NCBI GenBank assembly: GCA_021797995.1
Contig: JAJZYR010000004.1
Location: 1 to 56,192 of the forward strand
Reading direction: 5' to 3'
DNA length: 56,192 nucleotides
Source of the DNA: Candidatus Micrarchaeota archaeon
GTDB lineage: Archaea; Micrarchaeota; Micrarchaeia; Micrarchaeales; CABMGC01
Below the pieces are notes generated by a model that was not told the DNA's origin, made no database searches, and saw only the letters and a program-made list of their open reading frames with translations. This document shows positions 1-8,488 of the stretch, piece by piece; positions within the stretch are counted from its first letter, which is position 1, and each line of letters opens with the position of its first letter. Position numbers and translations under genes: made by a program.

Positions 1-274
1 CCTTAAGCATTGATAATTTGAATTTTACTTTGGTTTTAGCACGTGCCTGTTTCGTCAGTGCCATTTGTATTGCCATTTCAGATTTGTCGAAACCATAAAT
101 TTTGAACCCCCGTTTTGCTAAGAATATGGAATTTCTACCTGCGCCACAATAAAAGTCAAGGATCCGTTTTACACCTTTTTTCTTGAAAAAAGCGCTTAAA
201 TTATTCATGCTTTTTGATGGATGTTGTTGCCCGACACCTGAGCCTTTATAATAACGTTCGTAACCATCTTTCAA
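1..274 (-). CDS. Class I SAM-dependent methyltransferase, N-terminal part (runs off the window edge)
   Basis: Manual translation from TTG at 274: LKDGYERYY...KGVKRILDFYCGAGRNSIFLAKRGFKIYGFDKSEMAI, with SAM motif I (LDxxCGxG) and the acidic motif II. AT-rich. Not in the ORF track. Confidence 0.8.
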   Translation of the reverse strand, partial: MKDGYERYYKGSGVGQQHPSKSMNNLSAFFKKKGVKRILDFYCGAGRNSIFLAKRGFKIYGFDKSEMAIQMALTKQARAKTKVKFKLSMLK

Positions 275-328
275 TCATACACCCCATTGTGTTTCCTATC
301 TTATACCTTTATACTTTATTAAAGGGGT

Positions 329-380
329 GTGGGGTCAAGGTATACCCCGCAGTTTAGTGCGGGGACGGAATTGACCCCAC
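329..380. mobile_element. IS200/IS605-type terminal hairpin (nested inverted repeats)
   Basis: Outer arms GTGGGGTCAA (329-338) / TTGACCCCAC (371-380); inner hairpin CCCCGCA-GTTTAG-TGCGGGG (345-364). Resembles CCCC..TTTAG..GGGG..TTGAC ends of IS200/IS605 elements and lies upstream of a tnpA stub. Confidence 0.6.
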
Positions 381-484
381 CATATTAACACTACACTATT
401 TTTCTATCCTGAAGATAAAGAGTCTTTGGTGGCGAGTGGGCGCGGTTTGACACGCTCGGATTTTTCGCCGCCGAAGTGAACAAT

Positions 485-655
485 ATGGATAGCATAGACT
501 CTGCAAAGAATATAGAACCCGTGGCCAAGGGGCTTGGCTCAAAGTACAACTTCCAGCACTTTGTCTTCGTGACAAAGTACAGGTATAAAATGTTCAGGAA
601 TCCGAAGGCGATTGGGGTGACCTGTCAAGGCTTTTCCAGGCCTTTTTGCCTATGA
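485..655 (+). pseudogene. tnpA: Truncated IS200/IS605 Y1 transposase (TnpA) N-terminus
   Basis: Manual translation MDSIDSAKNIEPVAKGLGSKYNFQHFVFVTKYRYKMFRNP...; HxVxxxKYR is the TnpA N-terminal motif. Stops after 56 codons, before the HUH motif and catalytic Tyr. Confidence 0.7.
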
Positions 656-740
656 TGACCTCCGTGAACACACCGCTGACACGAATATTGGCGCCAAAGG
701 CTTTTATGTTTAGCGTGACCTCCCCAATTCCATCCAGCCA

Positions 741-780
741 ACAATATCAAATAATATCAATCAATATCAATCAATATCGG
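741..780. repeat. Four tandem 10-bp units (NNAATATCAA)
   Basis: acaatatcaa ataatatcaa tcaatatcaa tcaatatcgg read directly. Confidence 0.8.
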
Positions 781-1122
781 TTGTGAACTGACACAAGACT
801 AGTCCTTCCATCCATGGCGCCATTTTCAGATGTACGAACGGGGCCCCTGCAAGCCTTGTAAAGCAGGCCGGGGCATCAGGGCCTTGGCAAACGAACTGCT
901 TTGCAAGCCGATAGCTTTCTGTGCCTCGACATGCCTCCCTTGGGAAGGACCGACTCAAATGCGTTTGTGCGCGCTCTCCGCAACGCTTGCAAACGAATTT
1001 CGCTCAGAAAGTCCTGTATCTGCCCGAGAAGCGTACTTTATGGGCGACTCCCTGCAAGGCCGCGCAAAGCGAAAGAGTTAAAAAGATAAATAGATATAAA
1101 CACTACGCGGTCATAAGTCCTC

Positions 1123-1422
1123 ATGGGCTATGACAACAGGAATATAGTGCTTAACGAGCTTATCGGGCTCAAGGTCAGAGTGCTAAGGTCCTCGGACAAG
1201 AAACAGCGCGGTCTATCCGGTTTAGTCGTTGACGAGACCAGGAATATGATTGTGGTAGAGACGGACGGCGGTGCCAAGCGCATCGTTAAGAAGTCATCGA
1301 CGTTCAGGTTCTACGCCGGCGGGGCCCACTTCGATGTCCCTGGGCCGGAGATATGCTTCAGGGCTGTTGAGCGCACAGGAAAGGCAGTTAAGTTCTATAA
1401 GAGAAGAGAGAGCAAGACGTGA
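1123..1422 (+). CDS. rnp1: Ribonuclease P protein subunit Rpp29
   Basis: ELIGLKVRV...GLSGLVVDETRNM...K...F motif; canonical position before rps17. Confidence 0.93.
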   Translation: MGYDNRNIVLNELIGLKVRVLRSSDKKQRGLSGLVVDETRNMIVVETDGGAKRIVKKSSTFRFYAGGAHFDVPGPEICFRAVERTGKAVKFYKRRESKT

Positions 1423-1427
1423 TTTGA

Positions 1428-1712
1428 GTGGAGTGCAGGGATATCAGGTGTCCGGTTCACGGAGGGAATGCGCCGAGAGGCATAAACCTTACCGGCAAGG
1501 TTGTCAGCGACAAGGCAAAGAGGACGGTGATAGTCGAGACTGACTTTGCGAAGTATGTATATAAATATGAGAGGTCGCTGAGAAAGAGGTCAAGGATTCC
1601 CGCCCATAATCCAGAATGCATAAATGCCAGGACGGGAAACGTCGTGAACATCTCCGAGACAAGGAGGATGAGCAAGACCAAATCCTTTGTAGTTACCGGA
1701 ATCGTGAAGTGA
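1428..1712 (+). CDS. rps17: 30S ribosomal protein S17 (uS17)
   Basis: CPVHG, GKVVSDK, KYERS..RSRIPAHNPEC, ETRRMSKTKSF. Confidence 0.97.
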   Translation: MECRDIRCPVHGGNAPRGINLTGKVVSDKAKRTVIVETDFAKYVYKYERSLRKRSRIPAHNPECINARTGNVVNISETRRMSKTKSFVVTGIVK

Positions 1713-1722
1713 TGGTGCCATT

Positions 1723-2124
1723 ATGAAAGGTTTTTCGTCCAAGATAACAAAGGCATTTGTCCCGATGTCGATGATGCGTTGCGCCGACAACAGTGGGGCA
1801 TATGAGTTCAAGATGATCCACATAATAGGGAAGACCGGAGGGCAGCACGGGAGGCTTACCGCCGCAGGAGTTGGCGATATAATCTCCGCGTCGGTTACGA
1901 AGGGCACCTCTACATACCTCAAGAAACCGGTCAGGGTGCTCATAATAAGGCAGAAGGCTCTCATCCACAGGGCTAATGGCATGCGGCTGAGATTCGAGGA
2001 TAATGCCGGGATCATGATAAGCGATGACAACTTGCCTATAGGGACAGAAGTGAAGGGTGCCATGGCAAGGGAGGTTGTCGAGAGGTTCGTAAAGGTCGCT
2101 GGCATAGCGCAGAGGGTAGTGTAA
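1723..2124 (+). CDS. rpl14: 50S ribosomal protein L14 (uL14)
   Basis: CADNSGA, AAGVGD, FEDNAG, GTEVKGAMAREV. Confidence 0.97.
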   Translation: MKGFSSKITKAFVPMSMMRCADNSGAYEFKMIHIIGKTGGQHGRLTAAGVGDIISASVTKGTSTYLKKPVRVLIIRQKALIHRANGMRLRFEDNAGIMISDDNLPIGTEVKGAMAREVVERFVKVAGIAQRVV

Positions 2125-2130
2125 GAGTTG

Positions 2131-2613
2131 ATGTTTATGATACAAAGCAGCCAGCCCAGGAAGATGAGGAGATTCAGATACAATGCCCCCCTCCACTGCA
2201 GGCAGAAGTTCACGCATGCCCACGTCTCAAAGGAGCTTGCTAAGAAGCTCGGGATAAAGGCAAGGAGCATAAGCCTGAGAAAAGGGGATACTGTAAAGGT
2301 GCAGGCAGGAGGCCTGAAAGGCAGGAGCGGCAAGGTGAGCGCCGTGAATCTGGATACCGGGAAGATATATATTGAAGGCATAGTAAAGAAGAATGCAAAG
2401 GGCAAGGAGCTTCCTATACCTGTGCATCCGTCGAGCGTCTACCTTACGGATCTTGACCTCACGGACAAGCTGAGAAGCGCAAAGATAGAAAGGATGAAGG
2501 TGCCAAGGGCCGAAGCGGAGACGGCCCAGTCGCCGTCGCCAGCTGCAGTACCTAATGCAGCTCCGGCGGCAATGGCAAAGACGGCATCTAAGGTCACAGA
2601 ATCGGTGGCATAA
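2131..2613 (+). CDS. rpl24: 50S ribosomal protein L24 (uL24) with Ala/Pro-rich C-terminal tail
   Basis: SSQPRKMRRFRYNAPLH, KOW motif RKGDTVKV..G..KG, PVHPSSV. Confidence 0.96.
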   Translation: MFMIQSSQPRKMRRFRYNAPLHCRQKFTHAHVSKELAKKLGIKARSISLRKGDTVKVQAGGLKGRSGKVSAVNLDTGKIYIEGIVKKNAKGKELPIPVHPSSVYLTDLDLTDKLRSAKIERMKVPRAEAETAQSPSPAAVPNAAPAAMAKTASKVTESVA

Positions 2614-3299
2614 TGGCAGGCAAGGGAAACAGCAGACACATGGGCAGGCTGGCGGCAAGCAACTACATGAGGCTGCACAGGAAAGCTAGCAAGTATGTCG
2701 CAAAGCCGAATCCGGGCAGGCACACCCTGGAGAACAACATCTCGCTGATAACGCTCCTAAAGGAGAAGATGGGCGTGGCTGCTGATTCTAGGGAAGCAAG
2801 GATCCTGATAAAGAAGGGCGATGTAAGCGTAAATGGAAAGTTGGTAAGGGACTGGAGATATCCTGTGGGCTTTGGAGATACGGTCTCGTTCGGGTCGAAC
2901 GGCGAGTCGTACCGCATAGACGTTGCCAGGCATGGGGTAATAAGGGTGGAGCGATGCAGCGATCCTGCAAAGCCAAGGCCAATCAAGGTCATAGGGAAGT
3001 ATATCGGAAGCGGAGGCAGGATAATGATAAGGCTCTATGACGGGGCTGTCATAGAGGGCAAGAGCGAAGTAATGGTTAACGATTCCGTGAATGTCAAGGA
3101 AGGGAAGGTCGAATCGGTCATAAGGTTCGCCAAGGGTGCAAAGTGCTATGTCATCAAGGGTACCCACTCCTCTGAGAGCGGGACCGTAAAGGACGTGATC
3201 GGCGGGACATCAGTGCGCGCGCCGCTGGTAAGCATAGACAGCGGAAAGGGGAGCTTCCAGACCCTGGTCGAGAATGTAATGGTAATTGGTGAGCAGTAA
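2613..3299 (+). CDS. rps4e: 30S ribosomal protein S4e
   Basis: KPNPGRH, VNGKLVRD.RYPVGFGD, C-terminal FQTLVENVMVIG; synteny. Confidence 0.96.
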   Translation: MAGKGNSRHMGRLAASNYMRLHRKASKYVAKPNPGRHTLENNISLITLLKEKMGVAADSREARILIKKGDVSVNGKLVRDWRYPVGFGDTVSFGSNGESYRIDVARHGVIRVERCSDPAKPRPIKVIGKYIGSGGRIMIRLYDGAVIEGKSEVMVNDSVNVKEGKVESVIRFAKGAKCYVIKGTHSSESGTVKDVIGGTSVRAPLVSIDSGKGSFQTLVENVMVIGEQ

Positions 3300-3832
3300 T
3301 GGAGAGGCAGGGCAATCCGATGAGGGAGATACTTCTTGAGAAGGTCGTGGTAAACATCGGAATAGGCGATAAAGAGGATAATTACGCAAATGCAAAAGCG
3401 CTCCTAGAGAAGCTCACTGGCAAGCAGTCGATTGCGACAAAGGCCAAGATGCGGCAGCCGGAATTCAAGATCAGGAAAGGGCAGGTTATAGGGGCTGTGG
3501 TAACCCTCAGGGGTGCTGCAGCATACGACCTCCTGAAGAAGGCCATCGATGCCAACAACAATGCAGTGTACGAGAGCGCGGTCGCAAACAATTCCCTCAA
3601 CTTCGGGGTAAGCGAGTACATATACTTCTCCGGAGTGAAGTATGATCCGAAGATCGGGATGCTCGGCATGAACATAAATGCCGCGTTCGGAAGAAAGGGA
3701 AAAAGAGTCGAGATGAGAAAGCGGAAGTCCGCAAGGGTGGCACCAGACCACAGGAATATAACCCCCGAAGAGATAAAGCACTATGTCGAGTCGAAGTTCG
3801 GGGCAAAGTTTGTAAAGAAGGAGAGCAGCTGA
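3299..3832 (+). CDS. rpl5: 50S ribosomal protein L5 (uL5)
   Basis: NPMREI.LEKVVVNIG, FKIRKG..IGA.VTLRG, YDPKIGMLG. Confidence 0.97.
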   Translation: MERQGNPMREILLEKVVVNIGIGDKEDNYANAKALLEKLTGKQSIATKAKMRQPEFKIRKGQVIGAVVTLRGAAAYDLLKKAIDANNNAVYESAVANNSLNFGVSEYIYFSGVKYDPKIGMLGMNINAAFGRKGKRVEMRKRKSARVAPDHRNITPEEIKHYVESKFGAKFVKKESS

Positions 3833-3839
3833 TGATCCT

Positions 3840-3998
3840 ATGAAGATGACCTATGAGCTTAAATATAAGGGAAGGGGCCTGAGGAAGTGCAGGCTGTGCG
3901 GGACCGCAAGGGGCCTCATACGTTCATACAGCCTCTTCATATGCAGGAGATGCTTCAGGGAAGCCGGACCGGAGATAGGATTTGACAAGTTCAGGTGA
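3840..3998 (+). CDS. rps14: 30S ribosomal protein S14 (uS14, zinc-binding)
   Basis: Manual translation MKMTYELKYKGRGLRKCRLCGTARGLIRSYSLFICRRCFREAGPEIGFDKFR; CxxC...CRxCFRE between rpl5 and rps8. Too short for the ORF track. Confidence 0.96.
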   Translation: MKMTYELKYKGRGLRKCRLCGTARGLIRSYSLFICRRCFREAGPEIGFDKFR

Positions 3999-4002
3999 TC
4001 GC

Positions 4003-4386
4003 ATGACTGATATTCTGGCAGATACAATCAACAAGATCAAGGGTTACGAGAACAACGGTATGTATGAGTGCGACGTGCCCGCGACAAAGCTGATAAGGGC
4101 CGTGCTCGAGGTGCTAAAGTCCCATAGCTATGTAACTGGCTTCGAAGAGGTAAAGGACGGAAAGTTCAAGAGGCTGCGCCTGACCATGTCAAAGCGGATA
4201 AACGACATCGGCGTGATAAAACCGAGATATGCGGTTCCTTTCGGAGACTTTAGGAAGTACGAGGAGCGCTACATACCCAGCGTAAACTTCGGGGTACTCA
4301 TAGTCTCGACGTCGAAGGGCATAATGACGAACAAGGAGGCGAGGGAGCAGCGGCTGGGAGGCAGGCTTCTGGCATTTGTATACTGA
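4003..4386 (+). CDS. rps8: 30S ribosomal protein S8 (uS8)
   Basis: MTDILADTIN, GVIKPRY, GVLIVSTSKGIMT, GGRLLAFVY; start set to ATG 4003. Confidence 0.97.
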   Translation: MTDILADTINKIKGYENNGMYECDVPATKLIRAVLEVLKSHSYVTGFEEVKDGKFKRLRLTMSKRINDIGVIKPRYAVPFGDFRKYEERYIPSVNFGVLIVSTSKGIMTNKEAREQRLGGRLLAFVY

Positions 4387-4399
4387 TGGGCAGGATTGC

Positions 4400-4924
4400 A
4401 TGAAGGAAATAGGGATTCAAAACGGCGTATCGGTTGCCAAGGAAGGTGCAAGGCTTACAATCAAGGGTCCGAAGGGGTCCACGTCAAAGTCCATAGACGA
4501 GAGGCTCGTCGTGCTCAGCATCGAAGGGAACAAGATCAGGATCAGCCAGACGGAGAACAAGAAGCTGCAGAAGAAGGGCGCCCTTGCAGTCATGGCGCTC
4601 ACCACAGAGCTTACCGATGCAATTGGCTCGGTGAGCAGCGGGATCGAAAGAAAGATGACCGTCGTGTTCGCCCACTTCCCTGTATCGATGGAGGTGAAGG
4701 GCCAGGAGCTCTACATAAAGAACCTCTTCGGGGAGAAGATCCCGAGGGTTGCCGTGCTTGCCGGCGAGACAAAGGTCATGATAAAGGGCTCTGACGTTAC
4801 AGTTACCGGCTGCGACAAGTACGACGTGGGCCAGACAGTTGCAAACATAATGAATGCCTGCCATGCCAGGGGGCAGGATACCCGTGTCTTCCAGGATGGG
4901 ATATACCCTGCCAGAGAGGAGTGA
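4400..4924 (+). CDS. rpl6: 50S ribosomal protein L6 (uL6)
   Basis: KGPKG, FAHFP, IKNLFGEK.PR, VGQTVANI, DTRVFQDGIY. Confidence 0.96.
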   Translation: MKEIGIQNGVSVAKEGARLTIKGPKGSTSKSIDERLVVLSIEGNKIRISQTENKKLQKKGALAVMALTTELTDAIGSVSSGIERKMTVVFAHFPVSMEVKGQELYIKNLFGEKIPRVAVLAGETKVMIKGSDVTVTGCDKYDVGQTVANIMNACHARGQDTRVFQDGIYPAREE

Positions 4925-4926
4925 AT

Positions 4927-5286
4927 ATGGAGAAGAAGAAGCATCCTAGGTTTGTTGTTCCAAACTACGGCGCGCCGAACAGGAAGCGCGTGAAGTACAG
5001 ATGGAGGGCGCAGACCGGCATGGACAGCAAGAAGCGCGTCAAGAAGTCTGAGAGCGGCGCATCGCCGAGCATAGGATACAAGAACAGCAGGAGCATAAGG
5101 TATGCCAGGGCCGACGGCACGTTCGAGGCCCTGATACACAACGAGAGCGAGCTTCTGGCGCTCATAAGCGCCAAGGAGGGGAAGACGGCGAGGTTTGTCC
5201 ACAATCTCTCGTCAAGGAAGAGGGCGCGCCTCCAGGTGCTTGCAGACAGATCTGGCATAAAGGTTGCAAACAGGATGACACCATGA
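4927..5286 (+). CDS. rpl32e: 50S ribosomal protein L32e
   Basis: KHPRF, RWRAQTGMDSK, PSIGY, C-terminal GIKVAN; synteny. Confidence 0.93.
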   Translation: MEKKKHPRFVVPNYGAPNRKRVKYRWRAQTGMDSKKRVKKSESGASPSIGYKNSRSIRYARADGTFEALIHNESELLALISAKEGKTARFVHNLSSRKRARLQVLADRSGIKVANRMTP

Positions 5287-5774
5287 CGATTAAATTTGCC
5301 AAGAGGGTTGCGGCTTCGATAATGCGCCGGGGCGTAAATGCGATCAGGATAAAGCCCGGCTCGTACGACGAGGTAGACAAGGCGCTTACCAGGGACGACG
5401 TCAGGAAGCTGATAGGCACCGGAAGCGTCTTCGCCGTCGGCGAAAAGCACAATGCAAGCACACGGTCAAAGAGGCTGCACCAGAAGAGGAGCGAGGGAAG
5501 GTCGCGCGGCCCTGGATGGAGAAGGGGGACGCAGAAGGCGAGGAGGGGCAGGGTCTGGGAGAAGAAGGTAAGGTCACAGAGGCTCTTCCTGAAGAAACTC
5601 AAGTCGATGGGAAAGGTGGATACTAAGACGTTCAACAGGCTCTACGGCCAGATCAAGGGAAATGCATATGCGAGCAAGGGCGCGCTCGTTCTACACCTGG
5701 AAGACCAGGGGATTAAGATAAGCGAGGACGAGATGAAGCAGATAAGCGAGCATGCAAAAGCAAATTACAGGTAA
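5283..5774 (+). CDS. rpl19e: 50S ribosomal protein L19e
   Basis: KRVAASIM, ALTRDDVRKLI, GRSRGPG.RRGT.KAR, LY..IKGN. Confidence 0.96.
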   Translation: MTIKFAKRVAASIMRRGVNAIRIKPGSYDEVDKALTRDDVRKLIGTGSVFAVGEKHNASTRSKRLHQKRSEGRSRGPGWRRGTQKARRGRVWEKKVRSQRLFLKKLKSMGKVDTKTFNRLYGQIKGNAYASKGALVLHLEDQGIKISEDEMKQISEHAKANYR

Positions 5775-5779
5775 GTCCG

Positions 5780-6361
5780 ATGAGAAGAATAACAAAGGTC
5801 ATGCCGCTCAGAAGGAGAAAGGAGGCAAAGACAAACTACACGAAAAGGTTTGCCATGGTAAAGAGCGGGCTGGACAGGATAGTGGTAAGGAGGTCAAATA
5901 CCAGGATCATAGGGCAGGCTGCGGGATACTTGGAAAAAGGCGACGCCATACTCGTATATGCCGATTCAAAGGAGCTTGCAAAGTACAAGTGGCCTGCAAG
6001 GCCCAACCGCCCAACGGCGTATCTTGTGGGGCTTCTCCTTGCAAGGAAGGTTAAGGCAGACCAGGCGCTCGCGTCCGCCGAATTCATACTCGACATAGGG
6101 CTAGCGTCCCCTGTAAAGGGCTCGATACCCTTTGTCTTCGCGAAGGGCTGCATTGACGGAGGCATAAAGATGCGCAGCGGAATGGAGCTAAGCGAGAGCA
6201 TATATAACTGCTCCGATGTAAAGTATATGAAGGAGCTTAAGGAGAAGAGCCCTGAGAAGTACAACAGGCAGTACTCACAGTACATCAGGGAGGGCATAGA
6301 CGCAGGAAAGCTGGGTCTGCTTTTCAGCCAGGCAAAAGAGAGGATATTGCATGAACAATGA
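5780..6361 (+). CDS. rpl18: 50S ribosomal protein L18 (uL18)
   Basis: RRRKEAKTNY.KR, RIVVRRSN, NRPTAYLVG, ILDIGL. Confidence 0.96.
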   Translation: MRRITKVMPLRRRKEAKTNYTKRFAMVKSGLDRIVVRRSNTRIIGQAAGYLEKGDAILVYADSKELAKYKWPARPNRPTAYLVGLLLARKVKADQALASAEFILDIGLASPVKGSIPFVFAKGCIDGGIKMRSGMELSESIYNCSDVKYMKELKEKSPEKYNRQYSQYIREGIDAGKLGLLFSQAKERILHEQ

Positions 6362-7025
6362 CAGGAGGAACTATGAAAGGAGGAACTTCGGGCGGGAGGA
6401 GGAGCCTCTGCCTCCATGGGAGCCGAAGACAAGGATGGGCCAGCAGGTCAAGGCGGGCCAGATAACGGCAATCGAGCAGATATTCGCCAGCGGCAAGCCG
6501 ATAAAGGAGACGGAGATAGTCGACACGCTCATTCCGGGCATAGAGGACAAGGTCCTTGAGATCGCCTCTGTGCAGAGGATGACGAAGAACAACAGGAAGC
6601 AGAAATACAGGGCTACGGTCGTAGTAGGGGATAGGAACGGACATATAGGGATAGGAGTGGGAAAGGACGTGGAGGTCAAGCCTGCGATAGATACCGGGAT
6701 AAGGGATGCCAAGAAGCACATGATCTCGGTATATCTGGGATGCGGGTCGCAGGAGTGCAACTGCAACACGCAGCATAGCCTTCCCCTGCGGCTCTCGGCA
6801 AAGTGCGGAAGTGCGCATATAATTCTCAAGCCAGCCCCGAAGGGGGTCGGCATCGTTGCAAGCGACACCGTCAGGTCTGTTCTGGAGCTTGCAGGGGTCA
6901 AGGACGTATGGACCTTCTCCCGCGGAAGGACGAGGGACATATACAATATGGCGCTGGCAACCTACCTGGCCCTGAGCCAGCTCTACGAGCTGAAGAACAT
7001 AGACGCGCTTCGCAAAAAGTCTTGA
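6351..7025 (+). CDS. rps5: 30S ribosomal protein S5 (uS5)
   Basis: WEPKTRMG, VQRMT, VVGDRNGHIGIG, GCGS.EC, PAPKGVG, LELAGVKDVW. Confidence 0.97.
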   Translation: MNNDRRNYERRNFGREEEPLPPWEPKTRMGQQVKAGQITAIEQIFASGKPIKETEIVDTLIPGIEDKVLEIASVQRMTKNNRKQKYRATVVVGDRNGHIGIGVGKDVEVKPAIDTGIRDAKKHMISVYLGCGSQECNCNTQHSLPLRLSAKCGSAHIILKPAPKGVGIVASDTVRSVLELAGVKDVWTFSRGRTRDIYNMALATYLALSQLYELKNIDALRKKS

Positions 7026-7098
7026 CGGTGGCGCTCCAGCCCTGCGGCGCGCGGCTTCCCGCCCAGGTTCTTAAACCTTTGTTGCAATTATAAGTCCT

Positions 7099-7599
7099 AT
7101 GGAGAACCACGGATATCCACGGCTGCAGAGCGCCATGGAGTATCTTATAACCTATGGCTGGGCGATACTCATACTCGCCGTGGTCCTTGCCGTGATATTC
7201 ACGCTGAACCTCTTCAATGCCCCACAGACATGCGTGCTCGGCTCCGGTCTCAGCTGTCCGAGGTATGCAATCTCGCAGCAGGGCATACTCAACGTTACGA
7301 TAGTGCAGACAACTTCAGGTCCGATCAACGTGACAGGGATAGGATGCGGTCAGGGCGCCTCGCCGCCAATCGAGGTGATATCCGAGGGCGTAATCAATTC
7401 AAGCTCATCAAGGGCGTTCACAGTGCAGTGCTATTCCTCTTCGGGGTCGCCTTTTGCCTCATCGGCCTCCTCTGAGTTCAAGGGTTCGCTGGTGGTAAAA
7501 TACCACGATCAGTATACGGGATATCCGCATACGGTCTCAGGGATACTGCAGGTCAGGATATCAGGAACCGGAGAGGCCCTCAGCACCACTACAACATAA
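7099..7599 (+). CDS. Type IV pilin-like protein with class III signal peptide
   Basis: RLQ|SAMEYLITYGWAILILAVVLAVIF hydrophobic N-terminus, then a Cys-containing Ser/Thr-rich domain. Confidence 0.8.
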   Translation: MENHGYPRLQSAMEYLITYGWAILILAVVLAVIFTLNLFNAPQTCVLGSGLSCPRYAISQQGILNVTIVQTTSGPINVTGIGCGQGASPPIEVISEGVINSSSSRAFTVQCYSSSGSPFASSASSEFKGSLVVKYHDQYTGYPHTVSGILQVRISGTGEALSTTTT

Positions 7600-7641
7600 G
7601 CGGCGGATGCAGCGCATGCGGTGCGCAACAGGCTCCAGCGT

Positions 7642-7998
7642 TTACTTATATATGGAGCGGTAGACGTTGTTGCTGTCATCTGTTATGACAATGCACTCGC
7701 CTTCGCATTCTATCAGGCATGCCTGGCAGAGGATGCATGCAGGTCCGTTTATGGCTACCGAGATCCCTCCGCTGCCGCCCTCGTTCTTCTCCGCGAAGTG
7801 GCGGTGGCCGTCCTGTACGCTGCCCCACTTTGCAGTCACCTCTGGGAGGTGCTCCCCCTTCCATTTCCATTCATCTGGGGCCACATCCGAATTGACGTCA
7901 GGCGAATCCCTGTCCTTCATCTGGAAGACGGCTACGGGGCAGACATCGAAACAGTGCGAGCATCCGGTGCATTTTGGCTTCTCTACGTATACCTGCAT
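7642..7998 (-). CDS. Dicluster 4Fe-4S ferredoxin with long inter-motif insertion
   Basis: CTGCSHCFDVCP and CILCQACLIEC motifs. Confidence 0.85.
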   Translation of the reverse strand: MQVYVEKPKCTGCSHCFDVCPVAVFQMKDRDSPDVNSDVAPDEWKWKGEHLPEVTAKWGSVQDGHRHFAEKNEGGSGGISVAINGPACILCQACLIECEGECIVITDDSNNVYRSIYK

Positions 7999-8157
7999 TA
8001 TTCGTCACCTTCAACATATCTTCGATATTAACGTTTATAAAGGCTACTTTGGCATCTCATCAGGCATAGATCCACGGCCTCATGGATGGACCGGCATGGC
8101 AGGCTCTGGCACTAGCCGGGCTTCCCAGCCCATGCCTTTGCACGAACCGCGACCAGG

Positions 8158-8466
8158 TCAGCCGAACAGGCTTGCAAGCCCTCCTGCAGCCTCTTCCTCG
8201 CTTACCTTATCCTCTTTGGCCTCCTCCTTCTTGCCCTTCGCCTCCGCATGACCTGCGGGAGCCTGGGCTGCAGGCGCGGCAGCGCTGACGGTCTGGGCAT
8301 TCTTTATTATCTCCTTTATGTCCACGCCCTTCAGCGAGCTTGCCACCGACTTTGCCATTGCCTCATCGGGGTTTGCTCCAGCCGCCTTCACCACATTGGC
8401 CAGGCTCTGCTCATTTATCTCCTTTCCTGCCGCATTCAGTAAAAGCGCGGCGTATATATACTCCAT
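8158..8466 (-). CDS. rpl12: 50S ribosomal stalk protein L12 (P1/P2)
   Basis: MEYIYAALLL...acidic tail EEEAAGGLASLFG; start set to ATG 8466. Confidence 0.96.
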   Translation of the reverse strand: MEYIYAALLLNAAGKEINEQSLANVVKAAGANPDEAMAKSVASSLKGVDIKEIIKNAQTVSAAAPAAQAPAGHAEAKGKKEEAKEDKVSEEEAAGGLASLFG

Positions 8467-8488
8467 GTTTTCTACCTCGTTAAGTATG

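Noticed and set aside
741..780. CRISPR array
   Set aside because: Units are 10 bp with no spacers; no repeat-spacer structure was seen anywhere in the window.
781..1080. RNase P RNA next to the Rpp29 gene
   Set aside because: Only partial look-alikes (CAGAAAGTCC on plus, ACAGAAA on minus). The conserved GAGGAAAGTCC and 3' P4 partner are not present on one strand in the right order.
767..1133. Four short overlapping ORFs
   Set aside because: No recognisable motifs, Cys/Arg-rich composition typical of non-coding frames, and mutual overlap.
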